Source of the DNA: Thiosocius teredinicola | GTDB taxonomy: Bacteria; Pseudomonadota; Gammaproteobacteria; Chromatiales; Chromatiaceae | Direction: 5' to 3' | NCBI RefSeq assembly: GCF_002009425.1 | Contig: NZ_CP019936.1 | Coordinates: forward strand, 1,721,297-1,785,296 | DNA: 64,000 nt | Shown: positions 8,623 to 18,583 of the stretch, piece after piece | How positions within the stretch are numbered: the stretch's first letter is position 1 | How the letters are laid out: every line of letters starts with the position of its first letter | Made by a program: the position numbers and the translations under genes | Notes under the pieces: generated by a model | What the model saw: only the letters and a program-made list of their open reading frames with translations | Told to the model about the DNA's origin: nothing | Database searches by the model: none

Positions 8623-9758
8623 GCGGCACCTCCGGCCTTACGCTGGGTGGCGTCGTCATGTTCATCGGCTGCACGCAGGCGACGTACCAGATCGAGTTCG
8701 CCCTGAAAGTCGACGTAGTGGGGTAGCTTCAGGTGCTGCACGAACCCTGATGCCTCGACGTTGTCGCTGTGGTAGAGCACGAACTCTTCGTCTTGCGCGG
8801 GCGCCGATGTGTCTTCGCCCAGCTCGCGTGAACGCAGCGCACGGTCGACCAGGGCCATGGCCATCGCCTTGCGTTCACCGTAGCCGAATGTGAGTCCATA
8901 GCCACGCGTGAAGCGCGCCTTTTGTTCGGCGTTGCCTTTGAACTGGTTGATCATTTCGCATTCGGTGATGACGATGTCGCCGACGTCGATCGCGAAGCCG
9001 AGCTCCTCGGGCACGATTTCGACGCTGACTTCGCCCATGCGGATCTCACCGGCAAAGGGATGGTTGCGCCCGTAACCACGCTGCGTCGAGTAGCCCATCG
9101 CCAGCAGAAAGCCTTCGTCGGCACGGGCGAGATTCTGCAGTCGGATGTCGCGCTCGGCGGGGAACGTCAGCGGTTCCCGCGTCAGGTCGCCGACCGGTTC
9201 ATCTGCGTTGGCGTTTGCTTCGGTCTCGATCAGGTCTTCGTCGTTCAGCACGTCGGTGACCCGCGGCATCGCCTGCTGCGTCGCGTCGACCTTTGACGCC
9301 GGATGAGAAGACTCCGACTTGGTGGCGTCGCTATCAGCCGCGGTGTCGCCTTCGGCGGCCAACGCGAAATCGAGCAGTCGGTGGGTATAGTCGAATGTCG
9401 GCCCGAGGATCTGCCCGCCGGGGATGTCTTTGTAGGTCGCCGAGATGCGACGTTCGACATGCATCGCGTCGGTGTCGATCGGTTCGCTGACCGCGAGGCG
9501 GGGCAGGGTGGTGCGATAGGCGCGCAGCAGAAAGATTGCCTCGATGACGTCGCCGCGCGCCTGTTTGAGCGCGAGCGCCGCCAGGTCGCGGTCGTATACC
9601 GAGCCTTCAATCATCACGCGGTCGACCGCCAGGCTGAGCTGTTCGCGGATCTGATCGACGCCGATCTCGTCGATCGCGCGGTCGCCGCGGCGATCGCTGG
9701 CCAGCAGCCGGTGCGCATTGTCGATGGCCTTTTCACCACCCTTTACGGCTACGTACAT
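8619..9758 (-). CDS. phnI: C-P lyase core complex subunit PhnI
   Basis: MYVAVKGGEKAI N-terminus typical of PhnI. Operon position between phnH and phnJ. Confidence 0.9.
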   Translation of the reverse strand: MYVAVKGGEKAIDNAHRLLASDRRGDRAIDEIGVDQIREQLSLAVDRVMIEGSVYDRDLAALALKQARGDVIEAIFLLRAYRTTLPRLAVSEPIDTDAMHVERRISATYKDIPGGQILGPTFDYTHRLLDFALAAEGDTAADSDATKSESSHPASKVDATQQAMPRVTDVLNDEDLIETEANANADEPVGDLTREPLTFPAERDIRLQNLARADEGFLLAMGYSTQRGYGRNHPFAGEIRMGEVSVEIVPEELGFAIDVGDIVITECEMINQFKGNAEQKARFTRGYGLTFGYGERKAMAMALVDRALRSRELGEDTSAPAQDEEFVLYHSDNVEASGFVQHLKLPHYVDFQGELDLVRRLRAADEHDDATQRKAGGAA

Positions 9759-9759
9759 G

Positions 9760-10356
9760 TCAGGCCTCCAATCGCGTGCTGCGCGGTAATGCAGCCAGGC
9801 GATTACCGCTGGTCAAAATGAAATCGACACCGCGTGGAAAAAGCGTTGCGTTGTCGGCCACCCGTTGCCAGAGACCGGCCGGCGCGCCGGCAACTTCAAG
9901 CTCGATGACTCCGTCGATACCGGGGCCGATCAATCGCTGACCGCCATCGTTGGCGATGCCGGTAACATCAATGATGACGGTCGCTGCCTGTTCCGGATGT
10001 TCGTCCGTGCCGATATGAATCTGCGCAGTGCGATCGAATGCCTGTGCCTCGCCGAACAACAGGTATTGCGCACGCTCCGCTGCATCCGCAATCGGGCAGC
10101 CGCAATGAAAAGCCAGAAATTCGCGCGATTCTGAGGCTGCACTATCCAGCCAGACGGGTGTTTCAAAGTCGAGCAATGCGAGCGCGATCTGTGTCGCGGC
10201 GGCAGACAGGCCGTTGTTCGGTGCTATGCGCGAGTCCGGCAGCGTGACAACGAGGCCGGGGCGCGACATCGCCTGCAACACATGGCGAAAAACTTGCTGT
10301 GACTGGTGCACCGGGTTGTCGAACCCGGTAGCGAGCACGTCGCTTGCTTGAGGCAT
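9760..10356 (-). CDS. phnH: C-P lyase core complex subunit PhnH
   Basis: ~198 aa. Size and position between phnG and phnI. N-terminal GFDNPVHQSQQVFR is PhnH-like. Confidence 0.85.
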   Translation of the reverse strand: MPQASDVLATGFDNPVHQSQQVFRHVLQAMSRPGLVVTLPDSRIAPNNGLSAAATQIALALLDFETPVWLDSAASESREFLAFHCGCPIADAAERAQYLLFGEAQAFDRTAQIHIGTDEHPEQAATVIIDVTGIANDGGQRLIGPGIDGVIELEVAGAPAGLWQRVADNATLFPRGVDFILTSGNRLAALPRSTRLEA

Positions 10357-10357
10357 C

Positions 10358-10804
10358 TCAGTCGTCCCCCCGTACCAGCGTGAAGAAGTCCACCTTGGTT
10401 TTTGCGACCTCGCCGGAACGTGACCGCCGAGCCTGTTCGATGGCCTGCTGCAACGGCGCGACGGTCGCCGCCGGCAGGCTGCCGTTGAGCAACAAGGCGT
10501 CGGCTACGGCAGCCAGTTCGGCGCGCCGCTTGTCACGCCCGCAGATATAGGCGACGCCGGTTGTCTTGTCGGCGAGTTGTATGACACAGCGGGTCATCGT
10601 CATCTCACCCAGGTTGAACGCCCGGCCGTTGCCGCCCATGCGACCGCGCACTTGGCACAGCCCCGACTCCGGGGGACGTGGCAGGCTGTAACTCGGCTTT
10701 TGCGGTGCGTCGTCAATCAACGACTGCAACTGCGCCAGCGAACTGCGCGCGAGGGTCGCCATCCAGGCGCGTCGCTGCGTTTGTTGTGTTGAGGTTTCAC
10801 TCAT
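10358..10804 (-). CDS. phnG: C-P lyase core complex subunit PhnG
   Basis: First gene of the operon. Start set at the internal ATG (MSETSTQQ). The TTG start of ORF 10358..10855 would lie inside the operator palindrome. Confidence 0.8.
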   Translation of the reverse strand: MSETSTQQTQRRAWMATLARSSLAQLQSLIDDAPQKPSYSLPRPPESGLCQVRGRMGGNGRAFNLGEMTMTRCVIQLADKTTGVAYICGRDKRRAELAAVADALLLNGSLPAATVAPLQQAIEQARRSRSGEVAKTKVDFFTLVRGDD

Positions 10805-10828
10805 GTGCTGTTCAGACAATCCAAATAT

Positions 10829-10855
10829 TTGTATAGACAAATGTTGTCTATACAA
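10829..10855. promoter_or_regulatory. tandem inverted HutC/GntR-type operator (TTGTATAGACAA atg TTGTCTATACAA), a candidate PhnF binding site in the phnF/phnG divergent promoter
   Basis: Two 12-mers that are reverse complements of each other. Each contains the GT-N-TA-N-AC core (GTCTATAC) typical of HutC-subfamily operators. A third copy lies upstream of phnC. Confidence 0.7.
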
Positions 10856-10918
10856 TTACGCTGCCACGGTGACTTCCGCAAGGACGTTTCGGTGAATTTT
10901 TTTTGACAGACGAGGCGT

Positions 10919-11650
10919 ATGTTCATGGTTGTGTCAGATAACGCTGCTTCACTGCCTGTATGGCGCCAGATTCAAAACCGTCTGAAGGCCGCCATCCTGG
11001 ACGGCACCTATGCGGCCGGTGAACGCATTCCGACCGAACATGCGCTGGCGAGCGAACTGGGTGTCAACCGCCATACCGTGCGGCGTGCCATTTCCGGCTT
11101 GACCGAGCAGGGCCTGTTGCGGGTCGAGCAGGGGCGCGGCATGTTCGTGCAGGAGAACGTGCTGTTCTATCCGATCGGAAAACGCACGCGCTTCACCGAA
11201 ACGGTCGAGCGGCAGAACCGGTCGCGCGGCCGTCGCATCATCGCTGCCGACACCGCCAAGGCGGATGCCAAGGTGGCGCAGGCGCTCGGCATGCTGCGCG
11301 GGCGGGCGGTCATCCACCTGCGCTCGATCGCCGAGGTCGATGGGCGCCCGGTCAGCGTGTCGGACGATTTTTTCAATCGCGCGCGTTTTCCCGATATGGC
11401 GGGACATGCGCTCGACACCCTGTCGATCACGGAATCGTTGCGCCTGTGCGGCGTCGATGACTATTTCCGCAAGGTCACGCATGTAACGACGCGTATGCCG
11501 AAACGCGATGAAGCAGAGCAACTGCGCCAGCCGCTGAACCGCCCGGTGCTGGTCACCGAAAACATTGACGTGGACGTTGATGACAAACCGGTTGCCTTTG
11601 GCTCGACAATCTGGAGCGGCGACCGCGTGCAACTGGTCTTTGAAAGCTGA
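10919..11650 (+). CDS. phnF: GntR/HutC-family phosphonate operon transcriptional regulator PhnF (HTH plus UTRA domain)
   Basis: N-terminal winged HTH (PVWRQIQNRLKAAILDG...IPTEHALASELGVNRHTVRRAI) and a UTRA-like C-terminus. Divergent from phnG. Confidence 0.88.
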   Translation: MFMVVSDNAASLPVWRQIQNRLKAAILDGTYAAGERIPTEHALASELGVNRHTVRRAISGLTEQGLLRVEQGRGMFVQENVLFYPIGKRTRFTETVERQNRSRGRRIIAADTAKADAKVAQALGMLRGRAVIHLRSIAEVDGRPVSVSDDFFNRARFPDMAGHALDTLSITESLRLCGVDDYFRKVTHVTTRMPKRDEAEQLRQPLNRPVLVTENIDVDVDDKPVAFGSTIWSGDRVQLVFES

Positions 11651-11705
11651 CGTGCACGTCCGGTTAAACGGGCGCATCGCGGGGTCGGTCGAGTTCCCAA
11701 GAGAT

Positions 11706-12869
11706 TCACGCAGCAACACGTTGACGCGATGTGTAGACCGGTTGGCCGGCGACGAAGGTTGTGATGACCTCGGGCAGGCCGGGCTCACGGTCATCGACGA
11801 TCAGCACGTCGGCACGCATGCCTTCTCGTAGCGACCCGCGATCCGTCATCCCGGTTGCGGCCGCCGGCCAGCTGGATACCAGGGGCCACAGCTCCGCTAG
11901 CGTCTTGTCGGTCCGTTCAACCAGTTTGAACAGCGCGACCAGCAGCGATGGGTAGTAATAGTCCGACGTCAGGATGTCACAAACGCCATCGCGTACCGCG
12001 CCGGTTGCACACAGGCGGTCGCAATGGCTACCGTCCCGTACGACGTTGGGTGCGCCGAGGATCACGAAGTCGCCCTGGTCTTTGGCGGATCTGGCAACCT
12101 CGGTGCTCACGGGAAACTCGCACAGGCGCACGCCCAGTTCATGGAACCATGAGCGCATCTCGATGGTTTCATCGTCATGCGACGCACACGGGATGCCCGC
12201 ATCGCGTGCCGCTTGAGCCAGTCGGGCGATCGCGGGCGGCACATCGGCGGCGCGCGAAATCACGTCGTTGAAAACCCCGATGAACGCGTCGTGAGTCAAA
12301 CCTGTCCGATTGGCGTATTCATTGATCTTGCGGCGGTTGTCGGCCGCGATGTGCTGACCGATGTGGGCGGCATGGTCGTTGAAAGCCAGCAGATCGACAC
12401 GTCCGTCGTGCAGCAGGTCGGAAACGTCTCGCTCGCCCGCCAGGTTAAAGGTCTCCCAGCGCAGGTGCACGCGCGTGTCGCAGCCGAGGTTGGGCCTTTG
12501 TTGTTCTATGGCATCGATCAGAGAGAGTGCGGTTTCGCGTCCTCGCAGCCCGGGTTCCCATGAGTAGGTAATGCCGTGGAACGCGGTGGTGATGCCGTTG
12601 GCGAGCAACTGCCGATCGGTTTCACGCAGCGCCAGATCGACCGGGAAATGAACCCCGGGGCGCGGCAGAATCTGGCGCTCGAAGGCATCGCCGTGCAGGT
12701 CGATGATGCCTGGCAGAATCAACGCGCCCTGCGCGTCGATGGTTTGCCCGGCCGATGCCGGACCATTATCAGCGGAGCCGGCAATCACGCCGTCGCGGAG
12801 TTGCAACGGGACCGACGCGATGTGGCCTTCGCCCGTCAGCACCCGACCGTTGATGATCGTGAAATCCAT
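11706..12869 (-). CDS. second PhnM-like amidohydrolase (alpha-D-ribose 1-methylphosphonate 5-triphosphate diphosphatase paralog) at the end of the transporter operon
   Basis: Amidohydrolase motifs DLHGDAFE and SHDD. Similar length and motif layout to phnM at 5068..6213. Confidence 0.8.
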   Translation of the reverse strand: MDFTIINGRVLTGEGHIASVPLQLRDGVIAGSADNGPASAGQTIDAQGALILPGIIDLHGDAFERQILPRPGVHFPVDLALRETDRQLLANGITTAFHGITYSWEPGLRGRETALSLIDAIEQQRPNLGCDTRVHLRWETFNLAGERDVSDLLHDGRVDLLAFNDHAAHIGQHIAADNRRKINEYANRTGLTHDAFIGVFNDVISRAADVPPAIARLAQAARDAGIPCASHDDETIEMRSWFHELGVRLCEFPVSTEVARSAKDQGDFVILGAPNVVRDGSHCDRLCATGAVRDGVCDILTSDYYYPSLLVALFKLVERTDKTLAELWPLVSSWPAAATGMTDRGSLREGMRADVLIVDDREPGLPEVITTFVAGQPVYTSRQRVAA

Positions 12870-12872
12870 CGG

Positions 12873-13679
12873 TCAGATAACCAGTTTGCGCAGGCGCTGC
12901 GAAAGGATGTCGAGCAGGCTGACGCTGACCACGATGATGACCATGATCGCCGCAGTTTCTGCATAGTAGAAACCACGAATCATCTCGTACAGTGGCTGGC
13001 CTATGCCGCCGGCGCCGACGATGCCAAGCACCGTCGCCGAGCGCACGTTGGATTCGAAGCGGTACAGCGAATACGAAATCCACAGCGGCAATACCTGTGG
13101 GATGACGCCAAAGATGACTTCCTGCAGTCGGCTCGCGCCGGTGGCGCGGATACCTTCAACCGGACGGGGGTCGATCGCCTCGACCGCTTCGGAAAACAGC
13201 TTGGCGAGTATGCCGGTCGTATGCACGAACAGTGCGAGCACGCCGGCAAAGGGGCCGAGACCGACCGCTACGACGAACATCATCGCAAATACCATCTCGT
13301 TGATGGCGCGCGCGGCGTCCATCAGTCGGCGGACGGGTTGGTAGATCCACCACGGCACGATGTTCTCTGCCGACAACACGCCGAAGGGGATAGACAATAC
13401 GACAGCGAGTACCGTGCCCCATACGGCGATCTGAATGGTGACCATCATTTCTTCGACGTAGTCGGTCCAGTTCGTGAAGTCGGGCGGGAAAAAGCCCTGC
13501 AGGAACGAACTCATGTTGCCCGCTTCGCTGAACAGCACGCCCGGCGCCATTTCGGCGCCCTCCCAGGACCACACCAACACGGCGAGTGCAGCGGCCCAGC
13601 CGACGTAGTAGGCGAGCGATTTCTTCAGATCCCGCTTTGGGAGTTCCAGTTTGCCGGTGGCGGTAGCGGTGTGATTCAT
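12873..13679 (-). CDS. phnE: phosphonate ABC transporter permease PhnE
   Basis: Multi-TM permease with the EAA-like region typical of PhnE. Follows phnD. Confidence 0.88.
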   Translation of the reverse strand: MNHTATATGKLELPKRDLKKSLAYYVGWAAALAVLVWSWEGAEMAPGVLFSEAGNMSSFLQGFFPPDFTNWTDYVEEMMVTIQIAVWGTVLAVVLSIPFGVLSAENIVPWWIYQPVRRLMDAARAINEMVFAMMFVVAVGLGPFAGVLALFVHTTGILAKLFSEAVEAIDPRPVEGIRATGASRLQEVIFGVIPQVLPLWISYSLYRFESNVRSATVLGIVGAGGIGQPLYEMIRGFYYAETAAIMVIIVVSVSLLDILSQRLRKLVI

Positions 13680-13766
13680 AGCGATGTTATGGACGTTGGC
13701 GGGTGGCCTCCCCGGCCGGAAGCCGGGGAGGTGCCGCGCGCAGGGGTGCGCACGGCCAGGGGCGTC

Positions 13767-14798
13767 TTAGTTGGCGGCGACGCCCATCGAGCTGCTGATC
13801 AACACTTCGAGCTCGGCGAGCTTGGCGTCGATCTCGGCGATCTTTGCCTTTTTCTGCTCAGCGCTCATGTTGTCGTTGCCTTCGATCTTGAGCTTGTCCT
13901 TGAACAGGGCGAGCTGACGCACCGGGTACAACTGGGCGTTGTTGGAGTCGGTGTAACCGCCGCCACCGGTACCCAGGTCGGCAAGACGCTGCTGCTGTGC
14001 CGCGGCCTTGTCACCGAGACGGCCGTAACCGAGGAAGAACGATTTGATCTTGGCCTTGAGCGGCTTGCTCAGGTCCTTGCGATAAGTGATCGGATCTGCC
14101 GGGATCAGCGGTGAGGTCCAGACGATCTTGATCTTCTCGGCGGCATCCGGGGCAGTGACCTTGGAGCGTGCTACCTGCTCCGAGTTGTTCGACGCGGCGT
14201 CCACTTGCTTGTTGGCGACCGCCAGCAGGTTGGTCTCATGGTTGGCGTTGCGGACGGTTTTGAAACATTTTTTCGGATCGACGTTGTTCTGTGCGAACAC
14301 GTAGTAGGTCGGTACCAGGAATCCCGACGTGGAGTTCGGGTCGCCGATGCCGAAGTTCTTGCTGCCGTCGCACTTGAGCAGATCGTCGAGCGAGTTGATG
14401 TCCTTGTTGGCGACGTTGGTGATGATGTGCGAGTAGTAGCCCTGGGTTCCGTCGGCCTTGATCTCTTGAACGAATACCTCGGCACCAGCACGATCGACGG
14501 CCTCGATAGCCGATTTATTGCCGTACCAGGCGACGTGAACCTTGCCGAAACGCATACCTTCGATGATGCCGGCATAGTCCGAAGCGAAGAACGGTTTTAC
14601 TTTGATGCCGATCGCGTCTTCCATGTCCTTGAGAAAGGGCTCCCAGGACTGTTTCAGGTGGATGGTCGACTCGGTCGAGATGATTCCGAAGTTGATGACT
14701 TCGGGATCGCCTTCGAGCGCCTTGAAGTTTTGTTCGGCGACGGCTGCGCCGGTCAGCAGCAGCGCGGACAACGCGCCTTTCAGCAGGGTCTTCATCAT
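13767..14798 (-). CDS. phnD: phosphonate ABC transporter periplasmic substrate-binding protein PhnD (with a ~40-aa Lys/Glu/Ala-rich C-terminal extension)
   Basis: Signal peptide MMKTLLKGALSALLLTGAAVA and the PhnD-like core FGIISTES..YGNKSAIEA. The C-terminal coiled-coil-like tail AEQKKAKIAEIDAKLAELE is unusual. Confidence 0.88.
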   Translation of the reverse strand: MMKTLLKGALSALLLTGAAVAEQNFKALEGDPEVINFGIISTESTIHLKQSWEPFLKDMEDAIGIKVKPFFASDYAGIIEGMRFGKVHVAWYGNKSAIEAVDRAGAEVFVQEIKADGTQGYYSHIITNVANKDINSLDDLLKCDGSKNFGIGDPNSTSGFLVPTYYVFAQNNVDPKKCFKTVRNANHETNLLAVANKQVDAASNNSEQVARSKVTAPDAAEKIKIVWTSPLIPADPITYRKDLSKPLKAKIKSFFLGYGRLGDKAAAQQQRLADLGTGGGGYTDSNNAQLYPVRQLALFKDKLKIEGNDNMSAEQKKAKIAEIDAKLAELEVLISSSMGVAAN

Positions 14799-14840
14799 GA
14801 TTCTATGCTCCAGGTGAATGTGGGCCGGGTTTCAATTGCA

Positions 14841-15707
14841 CTAACTGGCAGAGGCGTAGACGACGTCGGTGTCGAACGCGTCGTCGTAGTCGTCATCGTC
14901 GGCGGTGTTCTTGCGGGTGCCGAGGATGAGTTCTTCGCTGTCTTCTCCGTACAGCTCGGTGAGAAATTCGGGGGTCAAGGCCTCGCTGGTGCCGTCATAG
15001 ACGACTTCGCCGTCGCGCATCGCCAGTGTTCGCGGGCAGTAGTGGATTGCATACGACACTTGATGCAACGACACGATGACGCTGATGTCCGCTTGGTTGA
15101 TCGCGGCCAGCGCCTTCATCACGCGTTTTGAGGACGCGGGATCGAGTGAGGCGATCGGTTCGTCAGCCAGAATGAGTTGGGCACGTTGTACCAGGGTGCG
15201 CGCGATCGCGACGCGCTGCTGTTGGCCGCCCGACAGTGTCGATGCGCGCTGATCGGCAAAGCGTGCCATGCCGACCTGGTCGAGCGCTTCCATGGCGGCA
15301 AGTTTCTCGGTTTTGTTGAACCACCCGAGCGAGCCCCGGTTTACCGGAATCCGACCCAGCAGCCCGAGACAGACATTGGTAAGCACAGAGAGGCGCTCTA
15401 TCAGATTGAATTGCTGGAATATGAAGCTGGTGTCGGCGCGCTGATGTCGTTTGCCGCGACGGATACGACCATTTCGCTGCACGGTTCGCCCGTTGACCTC
15501 GACAATGCCGGCGCCGTTCTTCGCGTCTCCAGCGGCAAGGCCGGCGACGTGACGTAGCAGGGTGGATTTGCCCGAGCCCGACGCCCCGATCAAAGCGACC
15601 ATTTCGCCACGTGCGATATCCAGGTTGATATTCTTCAGTGCGGTCTGCGCGCTTGATCCCCGGCCGAACGTTTTGTTCAGCTGCTGAATGCTGATTGCTT
15701 TGGACAT
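14841..15707 (-). CDS. phnC: phosphonate ABC transporter ATP-binding protein PhnC (acidic C-terminal tail)
   Basis: ABC ATPase [25 protein letters not shown] and ILADEP. First gene of the phnCDE operon. Confidence 0.9.
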   Translation of the reverse strand: MSKAISIQQLNKTFGRGSSAQTALKNINLDIARGEMVALIGASGSGKSTLLRHVAGLAAGDAKNGAGIVEVNGRTVQRNGRIRRGKRHQRADTSFIFQQFNLIERLSVLTNVCLGLLGRIPVNRGSLGWFNKTEKLAAMEALDQVGMARFADQRASTLSGGQQQRVAIARTLVQRAQLILADEPIASLDPASSKRVMKALAAINQADISVIVSLHQVSYAIHYCPRTLAMRDGEVVYDGTSEALTPEFLTELYGEDSEELILGTRKNTADDDDYDDAFDTDVVYASAS

Positions 15708-15797
15708 GGCTCGGCCTCCGTCTTATGTAACTATTCTCCCGGCGCAGCCATGACTCCCGCGTTTACGAACGATGACAAATCGGTTACCGGCCATGAT

Positions 15798-15809
15798 TTG
15801 TCTATACAA
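15798..15809. promoter_or_regulatory. single HutC-type box TTGTCTATACAA (third copy of the PhnF-like operator) between phnC and the divergent EEP gene
   Basis: Exact 12-mer shared with the phnF/phnG operator. It lies ~90 nt upstream of the phnC start and ~110 nt upstream of the EEP gene. Confidence 0.6.
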
Positions 15810-15916
15810 CGTTGCTGATTGGTTGGTGCGTCGCGGATCGATCTCTGTCGATCGAACGCCTGTCACATCGTGCGGGTAGTTTTTGTTGGTTTACCGGTAT
15901 CGAAAATCGCCGAATC

Positions 15917-16711
15917 ATGCAGCGACAGCGCGTCAGAATCGTCACGCTCAACACCTGGAAAGGGGAGCGCGATTATGCAAACCGCTTGCGGTGTCTTGCC
16001 GACGGCTTGGCGCGGATCGAACCCGATGTCGTTCTTCTGCAGGAGGTGCTGGTGGCATCGGCGGGAGAGATCGATACTGGCGTGTTCCTGGCGAGAGCAC
16101 TCGATATGTATCTGTGTTTCGCACCTGCGCGTCGCAAGCGGCGTCGGGTGGGAGAAAGATCGGTCGACTGCTATTCCGGACTCGCGATATTGAGCCGCTT
16201 ACCGCTGTCGGCCACGCGAATCCTGGCGCTGAACAGCAACCCGCGCGATGGCGAGCGTGTCGCCTTGTGGGCGGAATGCCACCTCGGATCGGTTGTGGTG
16301 GGGCTGCTCAACGTTCATCTGACCCACCTCGATCCCGGCGATCGTTTACGCGCGCAGCAGGTGGGTCAGCTTGTCGATTTTTTGGATACCAGGGTCACAG
16401 ATTTGTGTGTGTTGGGCGGTGATTTCAACGCCGGCGTGCATTCACCTGCGCTGCACAGATTGGCCGGACGGGACGATGCGATTTCGGTCTGGGACGAATG
16501 CAACGCGGGCAATGACCTCAACACATTGAACTTCGACGGCCGCGGATGCATCGATCATCTGTTTCGCTTCGGTGGCGGTGTATTGGGTATTCGCTGGGCT
16601 GCGCTATCTGTCGCCCTCGACCGGCCGACATGCGATGGCAGTTTCGCCAGTGACCACGCCGCTGTCGTGGCCGATCTCGATCTGCCGGACGGGGTGGATG
16701 TATGCGCATGA
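15917..16711 (+). CDS. endonuclease/exonuclease/phosphatase (EEP) family hydrolase
   Basis: Start at the internal ATG (MQRQRVRIVTLNTW). EEP motifs LQEV, GDFN and SDHAAV. Confidence 0.75.
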   Translation: MQRQRVRIVTLNTWKGERDYANRLRCLADGLARIEPDVVLLQEVLVASAGEIDTGVFLARALDMYLCFAPARRKRRRVGERSVDCYSGLAILSRLPLSATRILALNSNPRDGERVALWAECHLGSVVVGLLNVHLTHLDPGDRLRAQQVGQLVDFLDTRVTDLCVLGGDFNAGVHSPALHRLAGRDDAISVWDECNAGNDLNTLNFDGRGCIDHLFRFGGGVLGIRWAALSVALDRPTCDGSFASDHAAVVADLDLPDGVDVCA

Positions 16712-17576
16712 CGGGGAAACGCTGATGCTGTGGAGTGTGTCGATCGACGTCGAGCAACCTGACCTAAGAGTTGGGGACAAACCGCCGTTGCTGCTGCAGC
16801 CGATACCGCCGGGTGAATGGTTTCAACGGGTTGCTGCCACTCGGTATACCAACGCGGCGCTGGCCGGCCGACTGACGGCGGATGCGTTGTCGCAAGGCGC
16901 AATGCTGCTGTGTGCCGTCGACAACCGTGCACTGTCGATCGGTTTCGACATCGAACTGACGATGGACAGGCCCGACGCTTCGGTGTGGCGGCAGCCAGAC
17001 AATCGCTATACACGTGCAACGATCGGGTTGGTCGACACGGCGAGATCGACCGTTGCCCATTGCGCAAACCAGGCAGATGCGGTGCGGGCGCTGGTCGAGC
17101 ATGCCGCCGTACGATTCGAATACGCCCACCCCAAACAACGATTCAACGATGCGACTGCTGAGATGCCCCTGGTATGTGGTACGGCGCAAGGCAGTTGCGT
17201 CGACATGCATGGCTATATCATGGCGATGGCCAAAGCCGTCGGCCTCAAAGCGCAATACCTGGCTGGGTATTGGGTTCATCCGGAAAAATCGCAGACCCAC
17301 GACATGCATTGTTGGCTCATGTTCGAGGCCGACGGCGACATTGTGTACTGGGATTTGGCGCATCATCTGAAGTGGCGGGTGCCGGAGCTTGCGCCCGCAC
17401 TCAATCCCGCTGGTGGCAGGCGGGTACTGATGAGCCACGGGCGCGGTCTGGTGTTTCATACGCCCTACGGTTGCGTCGAAGTCAGTCATTTCTCAGAGCC
17501 GCTCTGGATAATGCCCGATGGCTCGATCGTCGAGCCGCAGATCACCGTCAGGATAGATGGGCCACACATGAACTGA
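16698..17576 (+). CDS. transglutaminase-like cysteine peptidase domain protein
   Basis: Cys-His-Asp core: GSCVDMHGY...HCWLMFEADG...WDLAHH. The start may instead be the ATG at ~16725. Confidence 0.65.
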   Translation: MYAHDGETLMLWSVSIDVEQPDLRVGDKPPLLLQPIPPGEWFQRVAATRYTNAALAGRLTADALSQGAMLLCAVDNRALSIGFDIELTMDRPDASVWRQPDNRYTRATIGLVDTARSTVAHCANQADAVRALVEHAAVRFEYAHPKQRFNDATAEMPLVCGTAQGSCVDMHGYIMAMAKAVGLKAQYLAGYWVHPEKSQTHDMHCWLMFEADGDIVYWDLAHHLKWRVPELAPALNPAGGRRVLMSHGRGLVFHTPYGCVEVSHFSEPLWIMPDGSIVEPQITVRIDGPHMN

Positions 17577-17758
17577 GTGGTCATCGAGATTGCGCGCCCT
17601 CGACGGTCGATCTGACTTGGACGCGTTTGGCGTTGACGACGCGCCGACCGGGATATTGAGCTTTCATCGTCTCCCTGCCTGTTCTTTGCGCCCGGTCATT
17701 CGCACTACCTGCCTGGCTGTGTTATTGATTCGAGGGAACTTGAACGAATGATCTGAAG

Positions 17759-18574
17759 ATGTGCGAGTTATTTGCGATGTCGAGCCGATCGCCGACCAGT
17801 GTCGGGTTCTCGCTCGAACGCCTGACGCGTCGGGGCGGTGCCGAAGGCCCGCATCGCGATGGTTGGGGCGTGGCGTTTTATGCCGGTCCCGATGCCTTGT
17901 TGCTGCGCGAACCGAGTGCCGCGAGCGAGAGCGACCTGGTGAAGTTCATCGAGCAGCACGGTCCGCCGACGCAGCGGGTGATCTCGCATATCCGCCTAGC
18001 GAGCTTCGGCGAGCGCGCATTGCACAATACGCAGCCCTTCGTGCGAGAACTCGGCGGACGTGCCCACGTGTTTGCACACAACGGCGACCTGCCGGATCTG
18101 CTCGGCAAGGTGCCACTGCGGCATTCGCGCTTCCGTCCGATCGGTGAGACTGACTCCGAAGTCGCATTCTGCAAGCTGCTCGATGGCCTGGCGCCACTTT
18201 GGGATGAGGCCGGGGGCGGTGTGCCGGACCTGGCAAAGCGGCTGCAAACCGTCGCCGATTTCGCCGCGCAGACACGCGAACTCGGCTCCGCCAACTTCAT
18301 CTATTCCGATGGCGATGTGCTGTGGGTCCACGCGCATCGCCGCACCGAGCCCGACAAGGAGATGGTGTTGCCGGGTATGTTCGTGCTGACGCGCAGCTGC
18401 GAGGAAGCGACGCCCGACCTGTCGGGGTCCGGGGTCACCCTGTCGCCGGTTGCGCAGGCATTGACCCTGGTGGCCAGCGTACCGCTGACCGACGAATCGT
18501 GGGAGGTGCTCGCAGAGGGGGAGATTCTCGCGATCCGCGATGGCGAGATTGTCGAGCGCCGCATCGGTCGATAA
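17759..18574 (+). CDS. class-II (Ntn) glutamine amidotransferase, YafJ-like
   Basis: N-terminal MCELFAMSS, with catalytic Cys2 directly after Met. Typical of the YafJ/EgtC-type GATase-2 family. Confidence 0.75.
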   Translation: MCELFAMSSRSPTSVGFSLERLTRRGGAEGPHRDGWGVAFYAGPDALLLREPSAASESDLVKFIEQHGPPTQRVISHIRLASFGERALHNTQPFVRELGGRAHVFAHNGDLPDLLGKVPLRHSRFRPIGETDSEVAFCKLLDGLAPLWDEAGGGVPDLAKRLQTVADFAAQTRELGSANFIYSDGDVLWVHAHRRTEPDKEMVLPGMFVLTRSCEEATPDLSGSGVTLSPVAQALTLVASVPLTDESWEVLAEGEILAIRDGEIVERRIGR

Positions 18575-18583
18575 GACCGGCCG

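Noticed and set aside
12576-14114. 512-aa plus-strand ORF opposite phnE/phnD
   Set aside because: Antisense to motif-bearing transporter genes. The composition is Arg/Gly/Asp-rich with no domain signal.
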